Part shown: positions 61,721-64,000 of the stretch, piece by piece
Numbering within the stretch: position 1 is the first letter of the stretch
How the letters are laid out: every line of letters starts with the position of its first letter
Source: Chiloscyllium plagiosum
Taxonomy: Eukaryota
Reading direction: 5' to 3'
DNA: 64,000 nt
Assembly: GCF_004010195.1 (NCBI RefSeq)
Contig: NC_057718.1
Span: forward strand, 19,606,104-19,670,103
The notes under the pieces: model-generated
What the model saw: the letters and a program-made list of their open reading frames with translations, nothing else
The model's database searches: none
Told to the model about the DNA's origin: nothing
Program-made: the position numbers and the translations under genes

Positions 61721-62266
61721 ATACGGTCACATTCCTGCAGTATGTAAAGCGAGATCAGTCCAGGCATCTTGATAGCCAGAGAGTCATAGGACAGTGCAGA
61801 GTAGAGTTCTGTGTCAGGACTGTGTGGAATCACTGACACAGCAGACTTTGTATGAAATTTGGAAGATTCTAATGGCAACTCCCCTATGTTTGCAATCCCC
61901 CAAGCCCCTTAAAGTCAGGAACTTCAGAGGGTGCTGACTCAGTTAAACTTAATATATAAGCAGGAAATTTGCAAGAATAAAAGCCTCTGCAAAATCATGC
62001 GACTATTAAATCAATCTGCCCCAATTTTACCACCCCTCAACTCTTACATCCCCGCAGACTCTTAAGAATCAAAACGCTTTCAGCTCCTACCTACCTCCAA
62101 TCCGATTACACGACCAACTCCACCAACCCCAACCATTTTCCCGACCCACCCCAGTGTTGAATGTGAGTTACCCCTTTGCCAAGCTGATCATCGTCCCCAT
62201 CCTGACAATAGCTCCCAAACACCACTCACCCCAGCAGAAGCCACCTGCATAAGCACTCATTTCACT

Positions 62267-62889
62267 TTGAATTAGAATTACTTTTATTGTCACGTGTATT
62301 TAAGTACAGGAATACATGAGTATAAGTGAAAAGTATATAAAGTAGCCAGTCTCAGGCGCCATCTTGGTTGCAAAAACAGAATTTTAAAACAAAGCAACAG
62401 CAGAAATAAAAGCATGCCAAAAGGTAGGATAAATGTCCAGAACTTAAAGTCAAATCAAGTCTAAGTCCTATCTCCATAAAGGTGTTTGGAAGCACCAATG
62501 CAGACACCCAGGCCTAACCAAGGCCTCGAGTTAGGCCCAGGCCTGGAGTCTCAGTCAGCTCGCAGGTCGCACATCTCACTGGGAGAAGCCACCTTTTAGC
62601 CGCTGTCACCTCCGATCACTGGAGGAGCTTTGCTGCCGGCCATGAACGCTGGGAGGATCCACGTCCTTGCTGTCACCCCCACCTCCAATCAGCAGGAGGC
62701 TGCTGCCATTCTGCACACGACCCACTCTTGCTACCGATGGAAAGATTAATCCTCCACAAAAGGCTTTAAAGAAAAACAAAAAAAAAGTGAGAAAGAAAAA
62801 GACCAAAAGTTTGAAAGACTATGGGAGAGGACGAGCCCTGTACTCAGGAGCCCTGTGCTCGCAGCCCTGCTACTCTGCTGCCATCTTTT
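62267..62889 (-). mobile_element. Non-autonomous LINE derivative / SINE-like element without a tRNA head
   Basis: Starts AAGATGGCAGC; internal CCAAGATGGCGCC; ends cacgtgacaataaa plus an attct/attc tail. Confidence 0.55.
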
Positions 62890-64000
62890 AAATAGCCTGG
62901 TACCTTACCAGGCACCTCATTGATCTCACCATCCTTGCACAATCACTCCCCTCACCCAGCTGGTACCCGAAACCTTCAACCAACTGCCACCAAACGCACA
63001 CTTAGCCTTTCACGGAAGTTGTCAAAGTGTATGGCTGTGCTGTTAGACATTTACAGAACACACCACACTGATTGCAGCAAAAGAGGGCTTGCTTTCTATG
63101 GCGATTGTCTTTGCTGTTGGGTTGGTGGATTTTGGGGCAGATTCATCACCAGGGGCTTCTGTCCAGGAATCTCCAGTGTGTAAATCATTGAAAGGTAAGT
63201 GGGTAATTTTTAATCCAGTCAGGGCTGTCCAATTCTAATCAGAATATCTGGAACTTCATTTTGCACAGAATAATTATGCAACATTGAATGAGATTTGTGA
63301 AAACACTTCCACTTCACTCCATACTCTGTACAATACATGGTATTTACTTATTGAAGAACATGGAAGATCATATCTTTCCTGATGGCTTCCAGGTTCCAGA
63401 CATACAAGCAGTAAGTTAACCTTCATTGCAATGTGATCTGAGTACAACAGTAAAGAAGTCTAAATGTCAGTCATTTTAAAATAGCACAGGCAATTACATA
63501 GTTGCAGTTCAATTCCATTCAAATGGAATATTCTTGAGGGTTATTTGTTCAAAAACTCAAATGACAATCAGCACTAATTAGGACAGGCATGATCCAAACT
63601 GACCACTCTTCTTGTCTGAGGGAGTGACAAACCAGGTTGCGTGTGGAAAATAGATATTTATCCACATTTATGCCGCTATTAGTAATGGGTCAAACCCAAA
63701 GCTGAGGGCATCAAAGTAAAATCTTGAAGCAATTGCTGCTAAGCTTGATTTTCTACTTCATGTCATCATGAGAGCAATATGAACATAATGACTGCCGCAA
63801 TGAAAGATGTGGTTTTAAAGCATGCATTATGCGAGAAGGGCCCTAATTTTACAGCAAAACTGAATCTTCTGGTTTCTAGGGAAACATAAAACTGAGATTG
63901 GAAACCAAACCTGCTAGGAAACTGAACCTGGTTGAAATCAAAGGACACAGAGCCAAGCCCAGAAGATAGACCCAGTGATGCAGAATACAGGTGGAAATGT

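Noticed and set aside
63057..63194. Plus-strand exon candidate ending AAAG|gtaagt
   Set aside because: It lies in a C-rich, repeat-like context and no homology was recognised.
1..64000. CRISPR arrays, prokaryotic systems, true tRNA/rRNA genes
   Set aside because: None seen; tRNA-like motifs are SINE heads and no regularly spaced repeat-spacer array is present.

Overview
Repeat-dense, non-coding vertebrate DNA. The repeat families (HER1-like CR1 LINEs with CTATGA tails, HE1-like V-SINEs, Deu-domain SINEs) point to a cartilaginous fish, probably a shark; this is an inference. No host gene can be identified with confidence. There are a few weak exon candidates and one CpG-dense unique segment at about 43.7-44.9 kb. 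The window holds about 20 CR1 fragments, several of them nested. It also holds a TSD-bounded, internally deleted L1/Tx1-type LINE (46242-50595), a second L1 fragment fused in frame to a CR1, a young Penelope-like element, Harbinger, Gypsy, RTE and L2 relics, two solo LTRs and a Tigger-like MITE. The most striking signal is a set of short Penelope-derived insertions carrying minimal hammerhead-ribozyme cores from at least two families. Several have intact cores and 14-16 bp target-site duplications, and some form long hairpins. Family names come from motif recognition, not database searches, and boundaries of decayed repeats are approximate.
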